From: a virus
Lineage: Duplodnaviria > Caudoviricetes
Strand: one strand, 5' to 3'
DNA length: 64,000 nucleotides
IMG/VR virus record: IMGVR_UViG_3300035498_000956
A program made the translations under genes and the position numbers. Positions 19,401 to 28,134 of the stretch are shown in pieces. The first letter of the stretch is position 1, and every line of letters starts with the position of its first letter. The notes beneath the pieces are model-generated. The model saw nothing but the letters and a program-made list of their open reading frames with translations. It ran no database searches and was not told where the DNA came from.

Positions 19401-19768
19401 CTGCTGAGAGATTCCCTGGTACTTATAGAATTGTTGGTGATACATTCGCTAGAAATAAGACTACTGGTGAAGATCAGAGATTCCAATTCATTATTCCTCA
19501 AGCTAAGATGTCTAGTGAACAGACTATTACATTGGAAGCTGAAGGAGATCCAACAGTCTTCTCAATGGAAATGAAGGTTCTACGTCCAGATGATGGCGTA
19601 ATGGTTAAGCTAGTTCAATACGATGTAGTAGAAAATACCGAGGAAAATGACGGTTCTACTATGGTTAAGGACACTGAAAACCTCAACCTTCTTGATGATG
19701 CTGAAATGTATAGGGTTAGTAGTGAAGCTGACGATGACGATACAGCTATCGGCGCAACTGAATATTAA
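16442..19768 (+). CDS. Tail tube protein paralog 1 with an insertion of about 800 aa after the first strand
   Basis: YGIKEVADV at the N-terminus; core resumes at about aa 834 with PVLFLDTLKVS..GGRGN..WDYGKE..EDAL and ends FPG..EAEGDPTVF. Confidence 0.75.
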   Translation: MAAQNLFEKYGIKEVADVTFYRIDRVDETYESQRKILVSSILKSSVELKTVYPLTEVNGEYVGAEDGFEAYVFPEAEILTGTNYTCDDEGVTGTLDENRSFTLLAAGDGNMLVEKGLAELEDGVVVITALSTSDQETANQETSKEDENKQADSEPTAVDEEDDNSVTTDPTTSSTTDSTTSSIADPYKVGDVIYFDLEYVIKKTAPSILRRNTLVNPFLQIGMRIENVTSTAIKFKIVEESSYQFRRNINNYVEISVPVQEVKFKVTEKDAKDADIYQDGILEKSETVLVPLKDSIKPFTFDGTFIEMTVQEAITAGIIKQTDVVKALASALDLNEDEIEEQFDENEQNYGTQERLQIRLTTTLGGDAVETASDVTVPTRDGNTFSLINTSIGLKFILNKMAGPDGTHEYTYAQQLLMLFAQDQNLITRKGTRYTFEDYETIFGNFSFNDNYAVSPNSSERQVVLVYANHTSEALYKLDEIQEEMNKLNQSISAKAYDVEYDLYAELFVEDEMGYYDQTKLGSGYARENDVNTPYTMTITGSYTDVDSHYKELDPVLAGAVTWDNSVHDSINDAIDALRAKKKILDASEDDGLSGFSKISGGYKVSNDLKPNAADGIGDYLGRYEYTFEDDASYPLSDGVALDNKNLKYSKYSLSSVLDYLEQAANLDNSAGDEITVGVSDQLHGSGLASNRAIYVRVDGAVDMSARAYIYILRNRNYKILSSDVDGIFSFYDRKGNLLYYQDPVFAGTEYLALIVIGNKGIIFTLGRHGNKKIEKVAWMVNEKGYINDKLCQRIVDHGVIHTTTVTVDDESFDATCQLSGFKVKKIKKKVMKYTPVLFLDTLKVSTIEQTAEQTSATGGRGNAELIIWDYGKEITLSLEDALYTPASMSAMFGSSKDKDFTKGVKDTKRIDRTEKCTAARSFIIPAGNSKGVPSEGDLTAQAVYIDLNTMQPYEDGTPIAEGEVYLKWTRSVAYGENSLGNTIEISAERFPGTYRIVGDTFARNKTTGEDQRFQFIIPQAKMSSEQTITLEAEGDPTVFSMEMKVLRPDDGVMVKLVQYDVVENTEENDGSTMVKDTENLNLLDDAEMYRVSSEADDDDTAIGATEY

Positions 19769-19784
19769 TATATAAAATAATAGC

Positions 19785-19823
19785 AATTGGCTATTGAATG
19801 AAATAGTTCAATAGCCAATTTTT
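19785..19823 (+). terminator. Intrinsic terminator after tube paralog 1
   Basis: AATTGGCTATTGAA / TTCAATAGCCAATT followed by TTT. Confidence 0.8.
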
Positions 19824-19847
19824 ACTAGTAACCGAGGTGAATATATT

Positions 19848-21860
19848 TTGGATATTTTTGATCAATACGGTATAAAGGAAGTTGCGGATGTAACACTTTA
19901 TAGTATACATAAAAAGAAAGACGGTAGTGGTGAGGTATATTATGTACCTGCACTTTATTTTGATACATTAAAGGTTTCTTCCACTGAAAAAACTGCAGAT
20001 AATGTATGGGCGCAAGGTGGTCTTGGTAATGCTAGATTGATTTGTTGGGATTATGGTAAGACAATTAATGTTAGTCTTGAAGATGCGCTTTGCACTCCAG
20101 CTTCTCTTGGCTTATGCTGGGGAGGTATTCTTGGATCTGACTGGAAAGATGGAGAAATTAAGAATGAATATGGGATTAGTTATAATCATAGGAATCCTGT
20201 AGAAAAGATTTCTAGAATGGAGAAGGCTTTTTATCCTAGAAATGATAGAGAGAATGGTACGGTTAGTAAACTATTACCTAAAGCACCTTATGACTCTAAT
20301 AGGATTGATAATGATTTGTTATTACAATCTTCTGTAGTAGATGGAACTAAAGTTGAAGGATTTGGATATGTTAGTAATCATCCTTATAAATGGAGATTGG
20401 GTATTGAATCTAAAATTCAATCAATAGCAATGATTCCAGATAGATTTTATGATTATTTTGGAAATAAATATATGTTAAGTGATGAATATCCTATTGTAGT
20501 ACGAGAAAATGTTGTATATCCTGATATTCCAGTAAAACTAGATAAAGATATAAAAATAGATGTATCTTATACTTTTACAGATGAAATGAAAAATGAATGG
20601 ACAGCGATTATTAAAGATTATTGCAAAAAAAATAATTGTAGTTCAGTTCAATTTCAGAAGGACACTGAAGATCAATTTGTTGATTTATATCCAGATTTTA
20701 CACTTACTCTTGAGTCTTTCCTTAATAATAGGCAATATGTTTCAGCTAATCTTGATTCTACTTATCCAAGAGATGGAAAAGTATTAAGAATTCAGTCAAT
20801 AAGTACAAGTACTGTAGAAGAAGATAACCCTACACTAAGTACATTTATATATATAACAGCAGTGATAGCGGCAGACCCAAATTATTATATTAAACGACAG
20901 ATCACGTATGTAATGCAATCTGAAGATAATGATAAAATCAATTCTTTAAATGGACAAATTGTTTTAGATCAAGATAAAGAATCTATTAATTTTTTTAAGG
21001 ATACAGTTAAAGAAGAAACTTATACTGGGGAATTAGTAACAAAACAAGAAATTCAGTTAATAAAACAAGCACATTTTTTACAAATCGTAATTGACAACAA
21101 TGGTGATTATAGCACTTGGATTGATGTTGAATCATCAATATCATCAGATGCCCAATCATATGATTTATCTAATTGTCAATTTCAACAAGTACATTGTATT
21201 AATATTGATCAATTTAAAGGATTAGATTTATGGATTAGATTTCACAGTATTAACGAATTAATTTATTGTTTACTTACAAAATATGAAGAAAATATTGTAA
21301 GTATTAATTCAAAAGTAATTAATCTTGGTGGCTATAATCAAACAACTAAATGCATGAATTCATATAATTATGAAGATGATACATCTATGCAACATCAGGC
21401 ATTGGATGGAAAACTGTGGTGTTATGTTAATCCAAGAACAATGACTCCATATGAAGATGATTATTTCTTCCATCAAGGTGAACCATATTACAAAAAATCT
21501 CTAACTCTTTCTCAAAACAACAAAGCTCTCAAGGCCAAAAAAATCACAGTCAAAGCAGAACAATTTCCTGGTATGTATATGCTTGTAGGTGAAACATATA
21601 TAAGAAGTAGAGAAACAGGTGAAGATGAAAGAATGCAGATTAAATTCCCTCTATGTAAAGTTAAATCAGACCAAAATTTAACTCTTCAAGCCGATGGAGA
21701 TCCAACAGTCTTTAATCTCGACCTTGAGATTGCGCGACCAACGAGTGGTATTATGATGGAATTAACAGAATATGAGGTAGCAGCAAAAACACAAGTGAAT
21801 GAGCGTTATGGCTACGATGAACAAGTAGATGGCTCAACGGAAGTATTAATGAGCGAGTAA
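19848..21860 (+). CDS. Tail tube protein paralog 2 with an insertion of about 400 aa
   Basis: Same core motifs; the insert lies between RMEK (aa ~123) and YVNPRTM (aa ~526). Confidence 0.7.
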   Translation: MDIFDQYGIKEVADVTLYSIHKKKDGSGEVYYVPALYFDTLKVSSTEKTADNVWAQGGLGNARLICWDYGKTINVSLEDALCTPASLGLCWGGILGSDWKDGEIKNEYGISYNHRNPVEKISRMEKAFYPRNDRENGTVSKLLPKAPYDSNRIDNDLLLQSSVVDGTKVEGFGYVSNHPYKWRLGIESKIQSIAMIPDRFYDYFGNKYMLSDEYPIVVRENVVYPDIPVKLDKDIKIDVSYTFTDEMKNEWTAIIKDYCKKNNCSSVQFQKDTEDQFVDLYPDFTLTLESFLNNRQYVSANLDSTYPRDGKVLRIQSISTSTVEEDNPTLSTFIYITAVIAADPNYYIKRQITYVMQSEDNDKINSLNGQIVLDQDKESINFFKDTVKEETYTGELVTKQEIQLIKQAHFLQIVIDNNGDYSTWIDVESSISSDAQSYDLSNCQFQQVHCINIDQFKGLDLWIRFHSINELIYCLLTKYEENIVSINSKVINLGGYNQTTKCMNSYNYEDDTSMQHQALDGKLWCYVNPRTMTPYEDDYFFHQGEPYYKKSLTLSQNNKALKAKKITVKAEQFPGMYMLVGETYIRSRETGEDERMQIKFPLCKVKSDQNLTLQADGDPTVFNLDLEIARPTSGIMMELTEYEVAAKTQVNERYGYDEQVDGSTEVLMSE

Positions 21861-21873
21861 AAGGAGGAATACG

Positions 21874-23316
21874 ATGAATATTTTCGAGCAATATGGTATT
21901 AAAGAAGTTGCAGATGTAACTCTTTATGCTATTGAATTAGATGAAAATGATGATGAAATGTATATTCCTGTATTATATATGGATACTTTAAAAGTATCAA
22001 CAGTAGAACAGACTGCAGAACAAACTTCTGCTACTGGCGGCAGAGGAAATGCCGATTTAATTACATGGGATTATGGTAAGGAAATTACTGTTACTTTAGA
22101 AGATGCATTATTTACTCCAGCTAGTATGGGTATGATTTGGGGTGGAGTTCATGATAAGTATCCTATTGTTATTAAAGCAACAAAATCATGGGCACCAAAA
22201 TGTTGTAATGGTATTAATGATAATGATTATACATATGATTATACAAGTAATCTCACTGGTCCTTTCAATAATATATTTAATAAAACAACAGAAAAATGGC
22301 CAGATTCAGATAATGAAGTCTCTATTTATGTAACAAGAGTAAATCAGTTAATTATGTTAGATGCTAATGGTGGTCAAGCTATCAATGCTGATGATTTAGT
22401 GACTGTTGATTTTACAGTTATTGATAAATTTCTTTGTTATGGAGAAGGTTTTATAGAAAGCGATTATCCTGATATGAGAGGATATAAAAAATTTAAATAT
22501 GACTCTTCAAATAATCGTATCGAAGTATTTCTAGATTGTGAACGTGAAATATATGATGTTGATATAGATAAAGTTCAAACAATTACATATGATTTAGAAA
22601 CTAAAGTTAAATATAAATCTTTTTATGATTTATATAAGGGTAATACATATCAATATAATTTAGACGATACAGAATACTTAGAGAGAATGGAAAAATGTAT
22701 TGCAACAGAAACTTTTTGTATAGATACTGATATTAATAATTATCACAGTCATTGCCGCAATAATAAGAGATATAATAACTGTGAATTAACTGTTTTTATA
22801 GATCCAAAAACTATGGATGTATATGAACCTAATGCCAACAGTTTTCAGAGAAAAGTAAGGGGGAATAACTTAAATAACTATTATAGTGTTCAAGAACAAA
22901 CTGTATCAGGAAATCTCCATGTAATAAAACAATATGAAGTATATTATAAATGGACTAGAACAAAAGCTCCAACACATGAGAGTCTAGGTACGCAGATAAC
23001 TGTAGATGCTTTTCATTTCCCAGGCACATTTAAACTAGTAGGAGAAACTTATGTTAGAGATAGAATTAATGGTAAGGATCAACGTTATCAATTTGAAATT
23101 CCTCTATGCAAAATGAGTTCTGAAACTAGTTTAAATCTAGAGGCAGAAGGAGATCCAACTACTTTTAGTATGTCTTTAAAAGTTTTAAGAAAAGAAGATG
23201 GAACAATGATGAAATTAACTCAATATAAAGTAAATCATAATTATTATGATAAAATACAAAGTGCAAGTAATAAAGTTGTTCCTATTGAAAAAATTAATGA
23301 TGAGGATGAAACATAG
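21874..23316 (+). CDS. Tail tube protein paralog 3 with an insertion of about 180 aa
   Basis: Same core motifs; the insert lies between WGG (aa ~90) and RMEKC (aa ~271). Confidence 0.7.
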   Translation: MNIFEQYGIKEVADVTLYAIELDENDDEMYIPVLYMDTLKVSTVEQTAEQTSATGGRGNADLITWDYGKEITVTLEDALFTPASMGMIWGGVHDKYPIVIKATKSWAPKCCNGINDNDYTYDYTSNLTGPFNNIFNKTTEKWPDSDNEVSIYVTRVNQLIMLDANGGQAINADDLVTVDFTVIDKFLCYGEGFIESDYPDMRGYKKFKYDSSNNRIEVFLDCEREIYDVDIDKVQTITYDLETKVKYKSFYDLYKGNTYQYNLDDTEYLERMEKCIATETFCIDTDINNYHSHCRNNKRYNNCELTVFIDPKTMDVYEPNANSFQRKVRGNNLNNYYSVQEQTVSGNLHVIKQYEVYYKWTRTKAPTHESLGTQITVDAFHFPGTFKLVGETYVRDRINGKDQRYQFEIPLCKMSSETSLNLEAEGDPTTFSMSLKVLRKEDGTMMKLTQYKVNHNYYDKIQSASNKVVPIEKINDEDET

Positions 23317-23336
23317 GAATACTAATTCCTATGTTT
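23309..23336 (+). terminator. Hairpin, probable weak terminator, at the end of paralog 3
   Basis: AAACATAGGAAT-ACTA-ATTCCTATGTTT. Confidence 0.55.
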
Positions 23337-23374
23337 ATACTTATTAAATAACTTTAATGAGGTGAAAATAATAG

Positions 23375-26300
23375 ATGAATTTATTTCAAAAGTATGGAAT
23401 AAAGGAAGTTGCAGATGTTGTCTTTTATTCTATTGATGAAATTGGAGATGAGCAAGTATACACACCAGTTTTATATTTAGATTCATTAAAGGTATCCACT
23501 TTAGAACAAACTGCAGAAAAGACCGAAGCTAAAGGTGGATTGGGTAATAAAAAGTTAATTACTTGGAATTATGGAAAGGAAGTTACCTTATCTTTACAAG
23601 ATGCATTATTTACTCCAGCAAGTATGAGTATGGTTTGGGGTGGAAAATTAGATAATCATCTTTCTCCTTATATGTCTGCAGCATTAAAATGTAATTTAGC
23701 TAATCAATATTTACAAAATCATTATTCAACTAAAGCTTATCCTTCTCCTAGCTTAACTGATGAAGAATGGGAATTAGTTTATCAGGCTGCAAGTGATGTT
23801 AAATTTTCTACTGGATTGACAGCTTCTGATGGAGAAGTAAAAACTAGATGGTTTTCAATTGATAATCCTGTGCACGTAAACAATAATGATAATAATGTCG
23901 ATAAATGGAAAGAAAAATTACGTTCTGCATATTATAATAGAAATACTTGTTTTCCATTACCACAATTTGTAGGTAGTGATCAAAATGGAAAACATGAATC
24001 TGGAACTAGTTCTTATGATCAAACTCAACAAACAATGGATAAAGCTTTTGGTTTAAATATTCTTCCTTATATTTCTCAAACAAATACTCTATCTAGTTTT
24101 ACATATCAAACTTCACTTGATAATCATACTACCTTATTTAAACCTGATGTTGAAAATACAGATTTGTTAATTGGAAATTATGACTTCACAAATTCTAGTA
24201 GTGGATTAAAAAATTCTGAAATTAATAATGTGATTACAAATCAAATTCATGAGATAGTTATTGATGATGAATATATTAATTATTTGCATAATAATATGGA
24301 AAATATTGCATTAAATTTAAATATAGGCGATTTTTTCTATTTTTCATTAAATGATCTTTTAAAACAAGAAGATAATCACATAACTACAGATAGTAATAAT
24401 AATAAAGTATGTACATTAAAAGTTGATGAAAGTGCGCTTAATGAATACGCAGATGCGTTATTTGAGACTGCAAAAGAGATAGAATTAACTGAAGCAGAAA
24501 ATGCAAATGATTTTCGTACAGAAATAAAGAAAAATGTTGCTAAAGCATTATGTTATCTTTACACTAAGAATGGAAGTATATCGACACTTGATGAAGATAA
24601 TTATTCCTGTACACTTAATATTTCAGATGGTTATTCAGATCCTATTTATCAAGGATATAACTATTTTAACAAATCTGATAATGATAAGTTTACAATAGAT
24701 ATGGATTTTTGTAAAGTGGAAAATAGTAACGAGTTGTATCAATATTGGAATATGAATCAATATTTTCAAAAGAATGATTATACTTCTTCTGGTAAATGTT
24801 TACTTGAAAAAATTTTATTAATGGTATTTTTTGGATATAATAAGGCTACAACAGTTTTTCCTATAAAATCAGCAGATACATCAGATTCAGGTGGATTAGA
24901 ATTAACTACTGATTTAAAAAATATTTTAAGAATAATTTTTAGAATATATTTAAATCATAAAATTGAACATTTAGAAGGTAACAACTGGGATCAATTTATG
25001 ACTAATATGATTGTGTCTAATAATTCTGCTAGTTCATTTGAGGTTAATGCAACACTTTATAAGATATATGCAATATTTAAATTAATTAGAGAAAACTTAA
25101 ATGATATAATAGAAAATTATCATAATTATTTTATCGCACAATGTTTTGTTCCTGCAGCCTTATGTCCTCAATATGATAAAGATAATCAACTTACAGGGTA
25201 TCGTAGTAGAAAGACTGCTATAAAAAATTGTTTAATATTGTCAATGAAAAAGGATTTTTTTCAAAAATATTGTTCAGGCTATTTAGAAACAGATCCGAAT
25301 TCTAATATTAATTCTAAATTAAAAATTTATACAACGCAAGTTGATAATAATAACACAACAATATATGAAAAACAAAGTTTTAAATCAATGAAACAAGCAA
25401 CTACTAGCAATAATAATAATATTAATTCAATTACTTCATATATAATTTCAGCATCAACCGAAGCCACTTTAACAAATGTATTTGATGTTACAGATATAAA
25501 TCAACTAATTCAAGATGATGAAAATGAATATAAGTTATATCAATATAGTAAATATTACAAATCTTATTCGCAATCTTCAAATGGTGACGGTGATACTAAG
25601 ACAATATGTCAACAATATGCTTATGGTTCATTGGCTGTTTTTCAATTAGCAATTCCTGTATATTGTTTTTATACTTCTAATTTAACCAATACTCGTTATA
25701 GTACTGCTTGTCAATATGATTATCATAACTATTTTAATGCATATTTATTGATATCATTTAGTCCTATTGTAAAAAATCGACAATTAACTGGAGTTCGTCC
25801 ATTTTTTAATAATCTTAATGAATGTTATCAAGTACGATTAGTTAATGATCTCAAGATAAGTAATGAACTAAATGATACATTATTGACAGTAGATCAATTA
25901 AAGAATTTATTTGCTGGAACTTTTAATCCTAAATCCAAAGACAAAAAATTCTATTTATGCACAAAGCCTGAAAAATTATATGGGGCATTAACTGCAGCAA
26001 TTGATACTTTTGATACTGGTAAATATAGTGCGAAAAAAACATGGGGAAGCTATGTTGCAGATAATGCATGGGGAAGTATTGATACAAGCAACACAACAAC
26101 AACTAAGAAATATTCATATTGCAATACAGAAGACGAAGTTTTAAATCAAATTGCTGCACAAACTCAAGAATACTCTTACTATGCAATGAGTCCATATATA
26201 ATCCAACGCTTAATCCAAAATATTCGTACCGAATCAGATTATACAAAAGTAGAAACATCAAATGACATGGTTCTTGATGTAATTGATAGAATGGAAAAAT

Positions 26301-27088
26301 GCGTTGTAACTAAACGTGGCGGCTTAAAAATCAGTCGTAAAGACCAAGAGAGGAATATCCTAAGATACTATACAGATGACAAATCTTCATCTTATGAAAT
26401 ATACTACGATGTTAAAACAATGACACCACTATTCCATTACTACTCAGCATCTGAAAATGTAGATTTCTATCGAGATACATTAATCCCAGCAGAGCAAGCT
26501 TATAATCAAGATCAAGGATTAGGAACATCTAATAATTCAAAAACTCTAATTAAAAAGATGCAAGGTAATAGCAAAGAACAAGGTACTACAAAATACTACA
26601 TAGACCAAGAACATGATGAATTTGTATTACCTGTTGGTTCAGTATACTACAAATGGACTAGAACAGTTGTCAACAATCAATATGTCCCTGGCGACTATAC
26701 ACTCGGAGAACAAACTCTAGGTGAAAGAATTGTAATCAACCCAGATACTTTCCCAGAGAAATATAAAATAGTAGGTAACACTTACATACGTAATCAAAAA
26801 ACAGGTAAGGATGAATGTTATCAATTCACTATTCATAGAGCATCAATAGGCGTTGACACAAACATTACGCTTGAAGCTGAAGGAGACCCTACCGTTTTTG
26901 ATATGTCAGTTGACGTATTGTGTCCTCCAAATAATGTTATGATGGAACTTAAACAGTATAGCGTTATTGAAGATAAAGAGAAAGGTGGAACTAAGGTTGT
27001 ACCTTATGGCACTCAACGCAGTAAAACCTACACTAAGATTGATGATATGGTTGAATCAATTAATCTTGAGAACAACGAAATATATTAA
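23375..27088 (+). CDS. Tail tube protein paralog 4 with an insertion of about 880 aa
   Basis: Same core motifs; Asn/Tyr-rich insert between WGG (aa ~90) and RMEKC (aa ~972). Confidence 0.7.
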   Translation: MNLFQKYGIKEVADVVFYSIDEIGDEQVYTPVLYLDSLKVSTLEQTAEKTEAKGGLGNKKLITWNYGKEVTLSLQDALFTPASMSMVWGGKLDNHLSPYMSAALKCNLANQYLQNHYSTKAYPSPSLTDEEWELVYQAASDVKFSTGLTASDGEVKTRWFSIDNPVHVNNNDNNVDKWKEKLRSAYYNRNTCFPLPQFVGSDQNGKHESGTSSYDQTQQTMDKAFGLNILPYISQTNTLSSFTYQTSLDNHTTLFKPDVENTDLLIGNYDFTNSSSGLKNSEINNVITNQIHEIVIDDEYINYLHNNMENIALNLNIGDFFYFSLNDLLKQEDNHITTDSNNNKVCTLKVDESALNEYADALFETAKEIELTEAENANDFRTEIKKNVAKALCYLYTKNGSISTLDEDNYSCTLNISDGYSDPIYQGYNYFNKSDNDKFTIDMDFCKVENSNELYQYWNMNQYFQKNDYTSSGKCLLEKILLMVFFGYNKATTVFPIKSADTSDSGGLELTTDLKNILRIIFRIYLNHKIEHLEGNNWDQFMTNMIVSNNSASSFEVNATLYKIYAIFKLIRENLNDIIENYHNYFIAQCFVPAALCPQYDKDNQLTGYRSRKTAIKNCLILSMKKDFFQKYCSGYLETDPNSNINSKLKIYTTQVDNNNTTIYEKQSFKSMKQATTSNNNNINSITSYIISASTEATLTNVFDVTDINQLIQDDENEYKLYQYSKYYKSYSQSSNGDGDTKTICQQYAYGSLAVFQLAIPVYCFYTSNLTNTRYSTACQYDYHNYFNAYLLISFSPIVKNRQLTGVRPFFNNLNECYQVRLVNDLKISNELNDTLLTVDQLKNLFAGTFNPKSKDKKFYLCTKPEKLYGALTAAIDTFDTGKYSAKKTWGSYVADNAWGSIDTSNTTTTKKYSYCNTEDEVLNQIAAQTQEYSYYAMSPYIIQRLIQNIRTESDYTKVETSNDMVLDVIDRMEKCVVTKRGGLKISRKDQERNILRYYTDDKSSSYEIYYDVKTMTPLFHYYSASENVDFYRDTLIPAEQAYNQDQGLGTSNNSKTLIKKMQGNSKEQGTTKYYIDQEHDEFVLPVGSVYYKWTRTVVNNQYVPGDYTLGEQTLGERIVINPDTFPEKYKIVGNTYIRNQKTGKDECYQFTIHRASIGVDTNITLEAEGDPTVFDMSVDVLCPPNNVMMELKQYSVIEDKEKGGTKVVPYGTQRSKTYTKIDDMVESINLENNEIY

Positions 27089-27090
27089 TG

Positions 27091-27120
27091 ATAAGACGAC
27101 TTATGTCGTCTTATTTTTTT
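27091..27120 (+). terminator. Intrinsic terminator after paralog 4
   Basis: ATAAGACGAC-TTAT-GTCGTCTTAT followed by a T-tract. Confidence 0.85.
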
Positions 27121-27233
27121 ATAGCTTTTTGCGCTTCAGATGACCTTTAATTTAGTAAAGTTTTGCGGGGAAGCGGGATTATACTTACTTTGCGGCGAAA
27201 TTTTATTATAATAAAATCAAGAGGTGATAATAA

Positions 27234-28133
27234 GTGGAAGAACAATATGGAATAAAGGAATTGTATGATATAACTTTACGTTTGCGCGCACCTTTAGAGA
27301 TTGCGGGTAAAAAGTATGATACGAATGAAGCGATTTTAATGCTTGATAAGGCAAATATTGCTACAGTTACTGAATCTAGGATTAACCAACAAGCGACTGG
27401 CGGCTATCATAATATTCCTTTAATTAATTGGGAGACAGATAAAGAGGTGAATTTTTCAATTACCAATGGATTGCTAAGTCCAGTAAGCTGGGCATTATTA
27501 AGTAATTCAAAGGTTAAGAGAAAAAGCGTTCAATCTGTTAATTATATTGAACCAGTACAAGCGTTATGTGATGATGACTATTGTGCTATTGATTTAAAAT
27601 ATAAGCCTAATGCGATATTGGATTTAATGGGAGTTCAGGGAAATCCTAATAATGAACCATTACCAATGGGTAGGAGACCTGAATTGATGTTGAAACCATT
27701 GCCTCCTAGCAAAGTTAAGTGGATTTTTTGCTATGATGAACGAGGAAATAAGATTAAAGATTTTGAAATATATGGGAATAGAGTTTATTTTAGAGATGAT
27801 TATTCTAAGGTTTATGTTGATTATACTTTTGATTATTATGATGGACTGGATAGTATTGAGATTGGTGATAGATTGATGAATGGGTTTTATAGTTTGACTG
27901 GAAAGTTTAGTAGTAAGGCTTATAGCGATGGTGTTGTAAGGACTGGTGTTATTACGATTCCTAAGTGTAAGATTAATAATGCGTTGAGCATGAAATTGGG
28001 AAGAGATGTTGATCATTCAGTTGTAAGTGATTTTTATATTACTGGGTATAATGATGAGGATGAGAGAAAGGATAAGAGAAAGACATTTGAGATTTGCTTT
28101 TTGGATAAGGAATTGACAGGGGAGTATTTGTAA
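27234..28133 (+). CDS. Divergent tail tube-like paralog 5
   Basis: QYGIKELYDI...ATGG..N..LINWE..KEV; C-terminal IPKCKI. Confidence 0.6.
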   Translation: MEEQYGIKELYDITLRLRAPLEIAGKKYDTNEAILMLDKANIATVTESRINQQATGGYHNIPLINWETDKEVNFSITNGLLSPVSWALLSNSKVKRKSVQSVNYIEPVQALCDDDYCAIDLKYKPNAILDLMGVQGNPNNEPLPMGRRPELMLKPLPPSKVKWIFCYDERGNKIKDFEIYGNRVYFRDDYSKVYVDYTFDYYDGLDSIEIGDRLMNGFYSLTGKFSSKAYSDGVVRTGVITIPKCKINNALSMKLGRDVDHSVVSDFYITGYNDEDERKDKRKTFEICFLDKELTGEYL

Positions 28134-28134
28134 G

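Noticed and set aside
16442-27088. Inteins as the explanation for the tube-protein insertions
   Set aside because: No C/S-start and HN-C/S/T end motifs or LAGLIDADG blocks at the insert boundaries.
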